From the NCBI GenBank assembly GCA_965223265.1, contig OZ244999.1:512001-576000 (forward strand): a stretch of DNA of 64,000 nt, read 5' to 3'. Position numbers and translations under genes: made by a program. This document shows, piece by piece, positions 18,249 through 28,700 of this stretch. The notes beneath the pieces are model-generated. The model was not told the origin of the DNA. It saw only the letters and a list, made by a program, of their open reading frames with translations, and did not search any database. Source of the DNA: Planctomycetota bacterium (GTDB lineage: Bacteria > Planctomycetota > UBA8108 > SXIK01). The number at the start of each line of letters is the position of its first letter. Positions within the stretch are counted from its first letter, which is position 1.

Positions 18249-19577
18249 ATGTCTTGTCGTATTCACTCGGTCATCCTTGGTTTAGCCTGCGCCTCTCTCT
18301 TCTTTACGTCGTCGCGACTCGTCGCCTACGAAACACCACCAGCCGAACCGGGTTTCGTCTCGCTCTTTGACGGCAAGAACATCGAGGAGCACTTCGTCAT
18401 CAAAGGGGATCGCGCGCAGTGGCGCGTCGAGGATGGCGTCATCGTTTCCTATCCCGGCGGCGATCGACTCATGTCCAAGGAGGTTTATAGCGACTTCGTG
18501 CTCCGCCTCGACTGGAAGGTCGGCAAGAACGGTAACAGCGGTGTGTTCATCCGCGTGCCGTCACAGGAAGATCGGGCGCCATGGACAACCGGGTTCGAAG
18601 TGCAGATCAGTAACGCCTACCGCGACAACTATCACTACACTGGCTCGGTTTATGGCGTCGCGCCGGTGAATCCGCGGCCCGACGCCACCGCCGACGAGTG
18701 GCACAGCTTCGAGATCATGTGTCTTCGCACATACGTTCGCGTCAAGGTTGACGGCACCGTTTGCGTTGAGATGAGCTACGACGATCCGAACTATGCTGCG
18801 GCGATGCGTTCACGTGGGCTTGCTGGATATATCGGCCTGCAGGACTCACACGTCGGCAAGGAGCACAAAGACCTGACGATTTCCTACCGTAACATTCGCA
18901 TCCAGCGTCTGACTGCGGATGGCGTCGCGGAAGGCTTCGAGCCACTGACGACAAAGTCGCAGGGGTGGCGCAAGATCGAAACCGGGCATGGCAGTGGCGG
19001 GCGCTGGCGCCACAGCGGGCGGATCTGGAGCGGCGAGCAAGATCCGCCAGGCAGCGGTAACGGCGGTGTCTTGCTTAGCGAACGGCGCTTCCAAGACTTT
19101 GAAGTCATCTTCGAAACCTATCCTGATTGGGGCGTGTGCAGCGGTTTCTTTCTGCGTTCCACCGAGAAAGGTGCCTGCTATCAGATCATGATTGACCACC
19201 ACGGTCGCGGCAACATCGGTGGCCTTTACGGTGAAGGTACCGGTGGATTCAACGTGCGCAGCTACAACCTCCAGCCCGATCGCACGATCGTCCCGGCACC
19301 GCCGGAAAGCGCCGGAGCGATTGCGCTGCCGTTTCCGGCGAGCCAGTTCGGGCGCTACTGGGACTTCCAGGGGTTCAATGAAATCCGTGCTCGATGTGTG
19401 GGCAATCCGCCCACGATCGAGGTATGGCTGAACGGCGCTTACGTGACGCGCTTTAAGGACGATCAAGTTCGCCTCGAGGAACCCGGTGGGCTTGGCCTCC
19501 AGGTTCACGGCGGGAACGGCTGGCCAGAAGGGGCTAAGGTCAGGTTTCGGAACGTCCAGGTGCGTGAGCTACGATGA
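18249..19577 (+). CDS. Secreted tandem DUF1080 (3-keto-glycoside hydrolase family) protein
   Basis: SLFDGK, GNSGVFIR, GFEVQI, GYIGLQD and YRNIRI; the second copy has SGFFLR, GLQVH and FRNVQVREL. Signal peptide present. Confidence 0.9.
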   Translation: MSCRIHSVILGLACASLFFTSSRLVAYETPPAEPGFVSLFDGKNIEEHFVIKGDRAQWRVEDGVIVSYPGGDRLMSKEVYSDFVLRLDWKVGKNGNSGVFIRVPSQEDRAPWTTGFEVQISNAYRDNYHYTGSVYGVAPVNPRPDATADEWHSFEIMCLRTYVRVKVDGTVCVEMSYDDPNYAAAMRSRGLAGYIGLQDSHVGKEHKDLTISYRNIRIQRLTADGVAEGFEPLTTKSQGWRKIETGHGSGGRWRHSGRIWSGEQDPPGSGNGGVLLSERRFQDFEVIFETYPDWGVCSGFFLRSTEKGACYQIMIDHHGRGNIGGLYGEGTGGFNVRSYNLQPDRTIVPAPPESAGAIALPFPASQFGRYWDFQGFNEIRARCVGNPPTIEVWLNGAYVTRFKDDQVRLEEPGGLGLQVHGGNGWPEGAKVRFRNVQVRELR

Positions 19578-19634
19578 GTCGCGCCCGCGGAGTCGCAGCG
19601 AGCATCGGGTTGATCGTGAGGCGGAGCTAGTTCA

Positions 19635-20525
19635 ATGGGTGTGCCAAAATTCGAACCGGGGACAGACCTGGCGCAGTTCCACGAGCCGGTGGGGGAGCTG
19701 CTCTCGGCTGCGGAACGCACCGGAGCACATGAGCGCTATCAGCTCACGGAGGCGCAGCTTGCTGCCTACGACGAGCAAGGGTTTGTCAGTGGTGTGCGGG
19801 TTCTCTCCGACGAGCAGATCGATATGCTGCGTGACGAGTGTAGCGCTCTGACGGCTACGTCGCATCCCGGTCACGAGCTTTTCTACGAGTACAACTCGAA
19901 CGAGTCGACGGACCCGTCAAAGGTTCTCTTTCATGCCCTCGGCGCCTGGCGGATCGCCCCGGGGTTGCACGACATTCTTTGGCACCCGGCGTTCACCGTT
20001 GCGGCGTCGCAGCTACTCAGAGGCGGCGTGCGTTTTTGGCACGACCAACTGTTCTGTAAGCCTGCGTTCGATGGAGGTGTCGTGGCGTGGCACCAGGATT
20101 ACTCGTATTGGCAGCGCACCGAGCCAATGGCTCACCTGACGTGCTGGATTGCGCTCGACGACGCCACGACGGAAAACGGCTGCATCCACTATGTTCCGGG
20201 AAGCCATCGCTGGGAGCTTCTACCGATCACCGGGCTGGCAGGCGACATGGATGCGATCCAATCGGTGCTGTCGCCGTCGCAGCGGCGCGAGTTTCAGCCG
20301 GTCGCTATCGAGCTCAGGCGCGGCGAAGCCACGTTCCACCATCCCCTTATGGTGCATGGATCGTTTGAGAATCGTAGCCCGCGCCCCCGCCGCGCAGTGG
20401 TCCTCAACGCGTTTCGCGACGGCGTCCGCTCCGCTTCTTCGGAGGCCTTGCTGGCGGGGGTGCCGCCGATCGCGGCCGGCGAACGGATGGAGGGGATGTT
20501 CTTTCCCCTGCTTTTGGACCGATAG
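19635..20525 (+). CDS. Phytanoyl-CoA dioxygenase (PhyH) family Fe/2OG oxygenase
   Basis: [29 protein letters not shown] and [14 protein letters not shown]. Confidence 0.92.
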   Translation: MGVPKFEPGTDLAQFHEPVGELLSAAERTGAHERYQLTEAQLAAYDEQGFVSGVRVLSDEQIDMLRDECSALTATSHPGHELFYEYNSNESTDPSKVLFHALGAWRIAPGLHDILWHPAFTVAASQLLRGGVRFWHDQLFCKPAFDGGVVAWHQDYSYWQRTEPMAHLTCWIALDDATTENGCIHYVPGSHRWELLPITGLAGDMDAIQSVLSPSQRREFQPVAIELRRGEATFHHPLMVHGSFENRSPRPRRAVVLNAFRDGVRSASSEALLAGVPPIAAGERMEGMFFPLLLDR

Positions 20526-20641
20526 CAGAGTAGGCGGTAGGATGGGAGCGTCGATCTGCTGAGCTCCGGCCGGGGGCGACATGATCTTCGCGCGGCGTTT
20601 TTTTCTGCTGAGCCTGTCTACGCACGGCTTTCCGACTGCGA

Positions 20642-20689
20642 TCGAGTCACCCTGTCGAGTCACCCTGTCGAGTCACCCTGTCGAGTCAC
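20642..20689. repeat. 13-bp tandem repeat (TCGAGTCACCCTG) x ~3.7
   Basis: Three perfect units plus TCGAGTCAC, ending 3 nt before ATG 20693. Confidence 0.9.
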
Positions 20690-20692
20690 ACC

Positions 20693-20980
20693 ATGCCGCT
20701 TTACGAATATGTTCCCTTAGGTGATACCTGCCCACACTGCATTGGCGGTTTTGAAACACTTCAAAAACCAGATGAATCGCCACTCGAAAGCTGCCCAGTG
20801 TGCGGCAACCCCTGCGAACAGGTGCTGTCGAATTTCAGTGTCGGTGGATCGCCGAAGTCGACACTGAGCCCCAAGAATCTTGAGAAAGCTGGATTCACGC
20901 AATACGTCAAGAAGGGGAAAGGGTACTACGAGAAGACGGCGGGGGCAGGACCGCAAGGGATCGTCGATGGCTCAAAGTGA
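20693..20980 (+). CDS. FmdB-family zinc-ribbon protein
   Basis: MPLYEY...CPHC..GFETLQ...CPVCG. Confidence 0.88.
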   Translation: MPLYEYVPLGDTCPHCIGGFETLQKPDESPLESCPVCGNPCEQVLSNFSVGGSPKSTLSPKNLEKAGFTQYVKKGKGYYEKTAGAGPQGIVDGSK

Positions 20981-21437
20981 GGGGTGAGTCGTTTCGTAGC
21001 GGCTGCACCGTTATCGCCTGGAAAGTGTCTTCACTGCGACGGGCTCAGAAACGCTTGTCCTCAGGCTCGATCGGCGGCTTCGGGGCGTCGCGGCGGATTG
21101 CACGTTTGGTGACGTCCGCCGATGTGACGTGTCGACCAATTCGCACCATCGGCCGAACCGCGCCTATGGTGACCCGCGTCCCCCACGCGCCCACGCCCAC
21201 GGCGTTGAAGCGTTTCTCATTTGCGACAATGGGGACGGGCTGGAGGGGGAGAACTTCTAACGTTTCTCGTCAGACCGTGGTTCGCGCAGCCATTCAGGGG
21301 AAATCTGACGAGAAAAACGGCAGAGCCGGTTGTATGTTGTCAGCAGTCGCATGTCCGCTGCGGTGATCGACACGTGGTGTGGAGCCTCTGCGCCTGGCCT
21401 CACCTAGCCGCGGGTCCTGTCCACTCGGCCGTCCTTC

Positions 21438-23108
21438 GTGGCGCGGTTCACCTCACCCTTTCTTGGGAGTCCGCCTGTGCAAATCACGTCTTTCGCGGTC
21501 GTGCTAGCGCTCTTCGGAGCCTCTGAGTGGAGCCAGGTCCAACAAACGTTCGTCCACGCGGTTGAGCAGTATGTGAGCATTGTCAAACGGCACGGGAGAT
21601 TGTCAGGTCAGTCGGGCGCGCTCGCGGTTGGCGCCGCACGGGGCGCACTTGACACAGCCGCTGCTGCCGCGTTCTCTCCTGAGACCGCTGGCCCGCCACT
21701 CGCTTCGCGCATAGCAACGTTGTTGCCCGTCGTCGACCGTCTGGCACCGGAGCAGTATGCCGGGCTGTATGACGTGCTTCGGCAGCGGAGCGAGCAAGCG
21801 TTTGCAGCGCTCACCCCAGACGACGCTACTGCCTTCGAAGCGTATGCGCACAAGCTTTGGGGCGCCAAGACCAAAAAGCGCGCCGCGCCGACGGCCATGC
21901 AGCGGATGATCTTCGCCGACCATGTGGACGTTGCCATTCAGCGTGCTGTAGAGAAGCGTCCATTCATCGAAACCGTCCGGTGGATTCTCGAGCGCGAGAC
22001 TGCCTGGATCAAGGCGACGCCGTCGAAACCGGTGTCGCTGCGGCGGGCGCTCAAATTGCTCAAGAATGAACCAGAGTCGGCAAGTATCTATCCAGTGTTG
22101 GACGCTCTAGACGCCGTTTATCGTTTTGGCTCTGTGGCTGACGTCAACGCTGCACTCGATCCGTTCGTCTCCGTTCTGATCGAGCTTCTGGGGAAGCTTG
22201 AAATCCGTGTCAAGTCTTCCGACGGGACGGTTCTCGACGCCGATGACGAGCGCAGTGTCGCGCAGTACACCGTTTGGTTTCGAGTCTCCCGAATCCTGCG
22301 TCGCTGGACGGGGCGCGACCTCGTTTGGTCTGAGGACTGGAGGAACTTCTGGTCACGATTCTCCGGGGAGGCGAACGCGCGCTTCGACTATCACGCCGTC
22401 AACGCCCAGAGGGTGGGAGTCAGTCGTACGAAAGTGGTGCGACAGCCATCGGCAAGCTTCTTTGGTATCGAAGCGAAGACATCGAAGGTACTGCTTCTCG
22501 TTGATCTCTCGGGTTCGATGAATGCTGGCGGCAACCCGCGTGGCGAGGATCGACTTGCGGCGCTAAAAACGGAAGTGACGAAGTTTATCAAGGAGCTCAG
22601 GCCGGGTGTTCACTACAACATTCTTCCTTTCAGCTCGGAGTGTGATATCCGCACGAGTTTCACGAAAAGTCACGTGCCTTTCGCCAAGAGGGTTCCACGC
22701 GGTGAGATGAGCAGCGAAGCAGTCGACTGGCTCAACGCCCTCGTGGCCGATGGCCTCACGCGGGTTGACCTGGCGTTTGAGACAGCGTTCAGACAGGGAG
22801 AGAAGAACGAACCGAACAAGCCGGTGATCACAGGGCGGGTTCGGCCTCGCTTCAGCGAGATCTACTTTCTTACCGACGGATCGCCGACCGACTGGACAGG
22901 CGCTGTGCTCGATGCCGAGGCGCGCGCAGCTCTTGTCGAGAGGATTACCGCGATGAATGCGCGCCACCGCGTGATCATTCACACCATCGGCTACAGCGGC
23001 ATGAACTCGAGTTTTCTGCGCGCGATCGCTGCGGCCAATGGCGGCACCGTGCGTATGATCGCTGGCGTGGTGCCGCCCCCTCCACAGCCACCTCCGCAAG
23101 CGCCTTGA
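21438..23108 (+). CDS. Exported helical-repeat + VWA domain protein
   Basis: FFGIEAKTSKVLLLVDLSGSM (MIDAS), IYFLTDGSP and FLRAIAAANGG; N-terminal hydrophobic segment. Start uncertain. Confidence 0.8.
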   Translation: MARFTSPFLGSPPVQITSFAVVLALFGASEWSQVQQTFVHAVEQYVSIVKRHGRLSGQSGALAVGAARGALDTAAAAAFSPETAGPPLASRIATLLPVVDRLAPEQYAGLYDVLRQRSEQAFAALTPDDATAFEAYAHKLWGAKTKKRAAPTAMQRMIFADHVDVAIQRAVEKRPFIETVRWILERETAWIKATPSKPVSLRRALKLLKNEPESASIYPVLDALDAVYRFGSVADVNAALDPFVSVLIELLGKLEIRVKSSDGTVLDADDERSVAQYTVWFRVSRILRRWTGRDLVWSEDWRNFWSRFSGEANARFDYHAVNAQRVGVSRTKVVRQPSASFFGIEAKTSKVLLLVDLSGSMNAGGNPRGEDRLAALKTEVTKFIKELRPGVHYNILPFSSECDIRTSFTKSHVPFAKRVPRGEMSSEAVDWLNALVADGLTRVDLAFETAFRQGEKNEPNKPVITGRVRPRFSEIYFLTDGSPTDWTGAVLDAEARAALVERITAMNARHRVIIHTIGYSGMNSSFLRAIAAANGGTVRMIAGVVPPPPQPPPQAP

Positions 23109-23556
23109 CGACTTGACGGTACCAGCGGCCGCGGCGCTGCTTCGGCCGTTCGCGCAGCGTCGCGCGGTTTGATGGGCGATCGCCACACTGCGCTGGGGGT
23201 GTGTGGTCCGTGTCCCTCACGTGGGGACGGGCGGGGCGCGCGACGGCGCTCTGCGGCGGCTCCTGCGAAGGGAGCACCGGTCACTGGTTGGAGGCAGCGC
23301 TCTGCCGCGGAGTGTTGCCAAAAAATAAGAGGCCGGCTGAGTACGTGACTCGCCGACCTCCGGGGCAGTTGTGGGCTGTTTTGGATGAGCTGTTGAGCTC
23401 GAGTAGCTGAACTATTTCTAACATTGGCATCTGGTGGAGTCAAACGAAAAAGAGGTGTTGCTGCACAATTTGCAGGCAGCAGAAGGGGGTTGTTTTGGTG
23501 TTTTATGTTATGTCTTCGTGTTTTTATCGACGGCGGACTCGCCGGTTCAGGGATTG

Positions 23557-24561
23557 CTAGGGCTGCGACTCGTCCTTAGTTTTCTGCGGCGGAGGAAGCG
23601 GTGGAGGGCCTGGCGACCGGGGAACCGCCGGAGGCGGCGTCTTCGGCGCCGTCGTCGAGACAAGGTCGCCTGTCTGGACCGCCTCGGTCATCTCGACGAT
23701 TCGTGCTGCCGCCAGGGATCTGTTGGCATCGACGCGGTAGACGGTGGCACGAGCGACCTGTTGCCCACCACGCGTGATCCATACGGTTTGGCCTTGCGTG
23801 AGGTTGGGGACGTTTTCCACCGCGATCCGGTGGTCCTCAATCGCGGCGACCCGGGCCGGTCCGCTCGGCGTGGCCGCTCGTGGAGTTTCTTCCAGCTGCA
23901 GGATGCGTGCATGGAGGCCGCGCAGTTCATCGGTTAGTTGCGTCAATTGCGAGTTCATTGCCTCGAGAAGGTCGGCGGTCTCAGGGTTTGGCGGAGGAGC
24001 CGTGTTCGCGCTCAGGGTGTCGTAGCGCTCGTCTAGATTCTGGAGCTCGCCGCCCATGGACTCGACAGCTGCGCCGAGTTCGCCGACGAGGCGCTCCACG
24101 TCCGACTGGCTTGTCTCGATTCGGTCGATGGCCTCGGCGTGCTTGGCCCCACGCCGCGTGGCGGCCGCTCGCTCGCGAAGCGACGCTTCTCGAGCCGACA
24201 CAAGCTCTGCCTGCAGCGCTTCGATCCTAGCCATGACTGCCGCCGCATCCGGTCCCTCGAGCGGAGGCTCATGGCCGTTCAAATGCAGGTCACGCAGCGC
24301 ATGGGCATCATTCTTGCCAGGGGCAGACGCCTTGAGACTGTCCTGCAGTTGTTTGACGAGCTCGATCACGGCCTGTGTGATCTCACTCTGTTGGCGCATG
24401 CTCTCGGACAGCACGTCACGAAGAGGGTTTTCTGGCTCCTGAAAAGCGACCTCTCTGGTCGGCTCGCGATGGCGACGCACGTGGTCGTAGAGAACGACCG
24501 CTACGGCGATTGAGAAGAGCCATGTGAAACCTAAGACGACGGTGAGGAAGAACCGATTCAT
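23557..24561 (-). CDS. Membrane-anchored coiled-coil protein with a C-terminal beta domain
   Basis: MNRFFLTVVLGFTWLFSIAVAVVLY TM helix, heptad-rich region and Pro-rich tail. Confidence 0.75.
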   Translation of the reverse strand: MNRFFLTVVLGFTWLFSIAVAVVLYDHVRRHREPTREVAFQEPENPLRDVLSESMRQQSEITQAVIELVKQLQDSLKASAPGKNDAHALRDLHLNGHEPPLEGPDAAAVMARIEALQAELVSAREASLRERAAATRRGAKHAEAIDRIETSQSDVERLVGELGAAVESMGGELQNLDERYDTLSANTAPPPNPETADLLEAMNSQLTQLTDELRGLHARILQLEETPRAATPSGPARVAAIEDHRIAVENVPNLTQGQTVWITRGGQQVARATVYRVDANRSLAAARIVEMTEAVQTGDLVSTTAPKTPPPAVPRSPGPPPLPPPQKTKDESQP

Positions 24562-24609
24562 GACATCCAGCTTCTGTGGCGACCCTCCGTCTGACTCAAC
24601 TCGAGCCAA

Positions 24610-24779
24610 CAGCCTGTTCGAAAAAGTGCTTCGAGCCGAAAATTGGTCTCTTCACGTCCCGATCGGCTGCGGCGAACGCAGGGTAACCTCCGAGCCCTCT
24701 TCTATGGATCGACGGTGAGCGGTCGAGCTGGGGCGCGAAGACGCCAGTTCTCCGGCCGAATGACTCTTTCAACTGGCTG
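24610..24779 (+). mobile_element. Non-autonomous fold-back MITE-like element, copy 2 (most diverged)
   Basis: CAGCCTGTTCGAAAAAGTGCTTCGAGCCG... to ...CGGCCGAATGACTCTTTCAACTGGCTG. Confidence 0.72.
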
Positions 24780-24975
24780 CTCACCACGAGACAGCGCCCC
24801 GTGCCGCACCATAGCAAGTGTACCTGCGACGTCGCGCAATTTGCTACCTCGGCGCTGTTCGCAGGATGTTTGCGGTGACGTGTCGACGGCTCATACTGAA
24901 CGCGGACACTGTCGTGGAGGAAGGCGGTCGCGCGCCGAAATCTGCGTTCGGGTCTCGTTTGAGTCGGTCGACCTG

Positions 24976-25893
24976 CTAGCCAATCCGACCGGGCGAAAAG
25001 AGGAGAGCAGCGCCACCAGCCGCACCGGCGCGACTGCCAAGCTCGGAGGGCGTTACGAGCATTCGATCAGAGACCGTCGGCGCGACGTGCTCAGCCAATG
25101 AATCTCTCAGGTCTGACTCGAAGAAACGAAACGCGGAGGCTACAGAGCCCCCGAGGATGATCGCCGCCGGGTCGATCACCGACGCAATCACCGCGAGGCC
25201 ACGGCCGACGTCTGCGCCGAAGGCGCTTAGGGCAGCCACAGCCACTTCGTCACCCGTCGCTGCGAGCGCGGCGATTTCTCGAGCGCTCTTGTGGCAGGCA
25301 GCTCGCTCCTCATAGTGACGTGCGACGCCGCTGCCGGAGAGTAGCTCGTCGAAGTTGCGGCCGAGAAGCGGCGCCTTGTACAGTTCTCCAGCGTTGAATG
25401 TCGCGCCCTCCAGGATGCGCCGTTCGATCACAATTCCGCATCCGCATCCGGTTCCAAGGGTGACGCCGACGACGACGTTGTGGCCTCGACCTGCTCCGAA
25501 GAGCGCCTCCGCGAGCGCAAACGCGTTGGCGTCGTTGGTAAACTCCGCGGGCACGTTGTAGCGGTCGTAGAGCGCGTCCTTGAGCGGGAAGTAATAGAGA
25601 TTCGGAAGTGTCTCAGGCTCGTAGTAGGCTCCATTGACGACGTCGAGAGGCCCGGTCGTTCCGATCCCGATCCCGGCGAGCTCGTCCACACGGCAGTGCG
25701 CGTGAGCCGTGGTGTCGTCGATCAAGTCGAAAAGATTCGCCAACGTGGCCGCTTGTGGTCCCTCAGCCGCTGTAGCGCAGCTACGAACTTCACCGTAAAG
25801 CTGACCGTTTGCGTCGAAAAGACCAGCGCGTATGTTCGTACCGCCAAGATCGATGCCGAGGGCGCAGAGGCTAGGATTGATAGAGGAGGGCAT
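24976..25893 (-). CDS. ROK-family sugar kinase
   Basis: GIDLGGTN, NDANAFALAE, GTGCGCG and DPAAIILGGSV. Lacks the CxCGxxGC zinc motif. Confidence 0.9.
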   Translation of the reverse strand: MPSSINPSLCALGIDLGGTNIRAGLFDANGQLYGEVRSCATAAEGPQAATLANLFDLIDDTTAHAHCRVDELAGIGIGTTGPLDVVNGAYYEPETLPNLYYFPLKDALYDRYNVPAEFTNDANAFALAEALFGAGRGHNVVVGVTLGTGCGCGIVIERRILEGATFNAGELYKAPLLGRNFDELLSGSGVARHYEERAACHKSAREIAALAATGDEVAVAALSAFGADVGRGLAVIASVIDPAAIILGGSVASAFRFFESDLRDSLAEHVAPTVSDRMLVTPSELGSRAGAAGGAALLFSPGRIG

Positions 25894-25997
25894 TGGGTCT
25901 CAAACGCTATGAACTCGGAACGCACGGAGGTCGAGGTCAGCGCCGAGCGTCGCCTTGCAGGCTATATCGACGGTGCTCGAGCCTTAGTAGGCGAGCG

Positions 25998-27419
25998 TCA
26001 ATCGAGGAGCTTAACGATCACCTGAAGAAAAATGAATGCGGCGGACAAATCACAGAGCATGGTTACGAACGGACCTGAGGCAATCGCGGGATCGATCTTT
26101 GTCATGCGGCACAGAACTGGAACGACCGCGCCGACTAGCGCCGCGAAGACCATTGAGACACAGAGGCCGATCGCAAACGCTGGGATCAACTCCCTGGCTT
26201 GACTCACCGACATCGACGCGTCGGAAGACTGCAGGAGCGCGGGATAGGCGAGGAAGACGATAGAGATGACGATCGACATCACAACCGCGATGCCCGTGCC
26301 GATGAGGAACTCGTGCGTCAGAGCTTTCCAGCTGCGCTGCAAGTTGATCTCGCCGGTTGTCAAACCGCGCACCATGACGGTCGACGTGACAATCGCGACG
26401 TTGCCCGAGAGCGCACAAAGAAGTGGAATCGCGGTGAGCGTCAAAACGAGATGGCTTGGGCTTAGATCGTGCTCAAAATAGGGGCGCAGAAGCATGATGC
26501 CGAGTCCGCCGATCATCGTCAGAGAGAGGAAGGGAAGGCGCTTCCAGACACCGGCTGTGACGGACTCGTAGTAAGGGTGTACGGCGATCGTCCCAGCCAT
26601 GCGCAGCATGTCTTCCGAGTGCTCTTCCTCGACCGCATCGAGAATGTCGTCAACCGTGACGATGCCGCGAATCTCTCCCTCGTTGTCAATCACGGGGACG
26701 ACGCTGAGATTGTACTTGTTGGCGACCTGTGCGACTTCCTCCTGGTCCGTGAGGAGATTGACGGTGATCGGATCTGTCACCATGTACTGCCGGATAGGAG
26801 TGGAGGGTTGCGCGCGCAAGATATCTCGAATCGACACGACGCCGAGAAGTTTCGCCGGTTTCTCAACCAGGTAGACGTAGGAAATGACTTCGGCGTCGAG
26901 ATTGCCCTGGATCTCGGTCAATGCTTGCTTACTTGTGACATCGACCGAGAGCGTCAGGAAATCCGTCGTCATCATTCCGCCCGCGACGTCGGGAGGAAAC
27001 TGAGAGAGTGCCTCGACATCACGAGCCTCATCCGGCTCGAGCTCGGCGAGGACGATGGCCTTTTCTTCGGCGGGCAGCTGTTCGATGTGATCAACGATGT
27101 CGTCGACCGACATCTCTCCGAGCACCGAGGCCTTCTCCTCGGTCGAGATTCCGTCCAGAATCTCGTCATGACTTTGCTGGTCGGTCTCCTCGATGATGAC
27201 GCCCCGCGCTTCGTCGCTGGGAAGCGAGCGGAAAATGAGGATCTTGTCCTCTTCAGAGAAGTCTTCGAGGATCGCAGCAACGTCTTCCGGAGCGACTTTC
27301 TTGAGAATGACACCGAGGTTCTCGCGTGAGGGCGTGCCAACTCCGAACAATGCTGCGAGATTCTCGCGCAAAGCGGTAGCTCGGTCGTCGTTGAGAGAGG
27401 GCTGCGTCTTAGGGTCCAT
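25998..27419 (-). CDS. mgtE: Magnesium transporter MgtE
   Basis: N-domain, AGGMMTTDF, a CBS pair (GIVTVDD), KRLPFL and DPAIASGPFVTMLCD. Confidence 0.95.
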   Translation of the reverse strand: MDPKTQPSLNDDRATALRENLAALFGVGTPSRENLGVILKKVAPEDVAAILEDFSEEDKILIFRSLPSDEARGVIIEETDQQSHDEILDGISTEEKASVLGEMSVDDIVDHIEQLPAEEKAIVLAELEPDEARDVEALSQFPPDVAGGMMTTDFLTLSVDVTSKQALTEIQGNLDAEVISYVYLVEKPAKLLGVVSIRDILRAQPSTPIRQYMVTDPITVNLLTDQEEVAQVANKYNLSVVPVIDNEGEIRGIVTVDDILDAVEEEHSEDMLRMAGTIAVHPYYESVTAGVWKRLPFLSLTMIGGLGIMLLRPYFEHDLSPSHLVLTLTAIPLLCALSGNVAIVTSTVMVRGLTTGEINLQRSWKALTHEFLIGTGIAVVMSIVISIVFLAYPALLQSSDASMSVSQARELIPAFAIGLCVSMVFAALVGAVVPVLCRMTKIDPAIASGPFVTMLCDLSAAFIFLQVIVKLLD

Positions 27420-27791
27420 TCTTCGCTGTAGAATGAGCGCGATCTGCTTGAGGGTGCGGCGACGGAATCGCTTTCATCGCGGATGGTCTGCGAGGAGTCA
27501 AGGCTTTTTGTTCAACACGCTTCGCGCCCTGTTCTTCACCGCGAAGTGCGGTGAATATCGTGTCCGACTTCTGTCGTTCGCGTGAGCCGCGGAGTTTTCG
27601 CGTAACGATCTCTTTCCCGGCCCAGGCTTGCCTGGGTCGTCTGTTGCAGACATTGGTCGATCGATCCGACATGGTTTGACGGGCGTTCGTAGGGCAGCGT
27701 TTACTTGCTTCGGCATCAATACTCGGGATCGACGCCGAGCGGCGACGCTTCGGGCGGCGGCCTGGGTCTCTTCTGCCCACGGCCGTTCGCT

Positions 27792-28655
27792 CTACTTCCA
27801 GCGAGAGTAGAGATCGAGGCGACGATGGGATCTCACCGGCAGTCTTGCCCTCACGTCAGCTATTCTGGTCGCGCTGAGGTCGGCGAAGATCATGTCGCTC
27901 TCCACACCTGCTTCGGCGAGTACGTCGCCCCAGGGGTCGACGACGAGTGAATGGCCATAGGCGACGTAGTTCGCCGTTTCGTCGCGACCAGGGCAAGCTG
28001 CGGCGACGTACATTTGGTAGTCCACTGCGCGCCCACGCATCAGCAAATGCCAGTGCGCTTCGCCTGTAGGACGACTGAAGGCTGCCGGGATCGCGACGAC
28101 GTCGACACATTGGCGCTCGAAGTAGTCGAAGATTGCCGGAAAGCGGACATCATAGCAGATTGCCACACCGAGTCGGCAGAATGGTAGATCGACGACGAGC
28201 GGCTCTGTTCCGGCCGAGAACGTGCTCGACTCTTGGACGCGCACGGTGTCGAGGTCGATGTCGAAGAGGTGGATCTTGCGGTGCCGACCGAGAAGTTCCC
28301 CTCGCGGCCCGATGGTGTACGAAGTGTTGTAGAGATGCCCTGGCGCCGACTCTTCGACAAGGTCTTTCCCGCTGGCGCTCTCTCGTTCGCAGAGGGAACC
28401 TGCGACGATCGTCAACGACAACTCCGCCGCTAAATCGCGAAGACGGGTGAGCGCCGGTCCCTCAGAGTCCTCCGCTGCAGCGTTCATGAGCTCGAGTTGA
28501 TACGGAGTCTGGAACATCTCTGGCAGCACACAGAGCTGAGCCTTCGCTTCGCGGGAGCGGCGTAGAAACTCCTCAGCGTGCGTGAGGTTCGTCTCCGCGT
28601 CCTTGTCGACGATCCATTGGCCGACTGCGATGCGGAAATCTTTCATGGCCTGCAT
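27792..28655 (-). CDS. Carbon-nitrogen hydrolase (Nit/omega-amidase-like)
   Basis: E-K-C triad: LPEMF, HRKIHLFD, ICYDVRFP; also YGHSLVVDPWG. Confidence 0.92.
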   Translation of the reverse strand: MQAMKDFRIAVGQWIVDKDAETNLTHAEEFLRRSREAKAQLCVLPEMFQTPYQLELMNAAAEDSEGPALTRLRDLAAELSLTIVAGSLCERESASGKDLVEESAPGHLYNTSYTIGPRGELLGRHRKIHLFDIDLDTVRVQESSTFSAGTEPLVVDLPFCRLGVAICYDVRFPAIFDYFERQCVDVVAIPAAFSRPTGEAHWHLLMRGRAVDYQMYVAAACPGRDETANYVAYGHSLVVDPWGDVLAEAGVESDMIFADLSATRIADVRARLPVRSHRRLDLYSRWK

Positions 28656-28700
28656 TCTCTCGTGCGCATGTGTGCGTCTCGGCCAAACTCGAGACTAACC

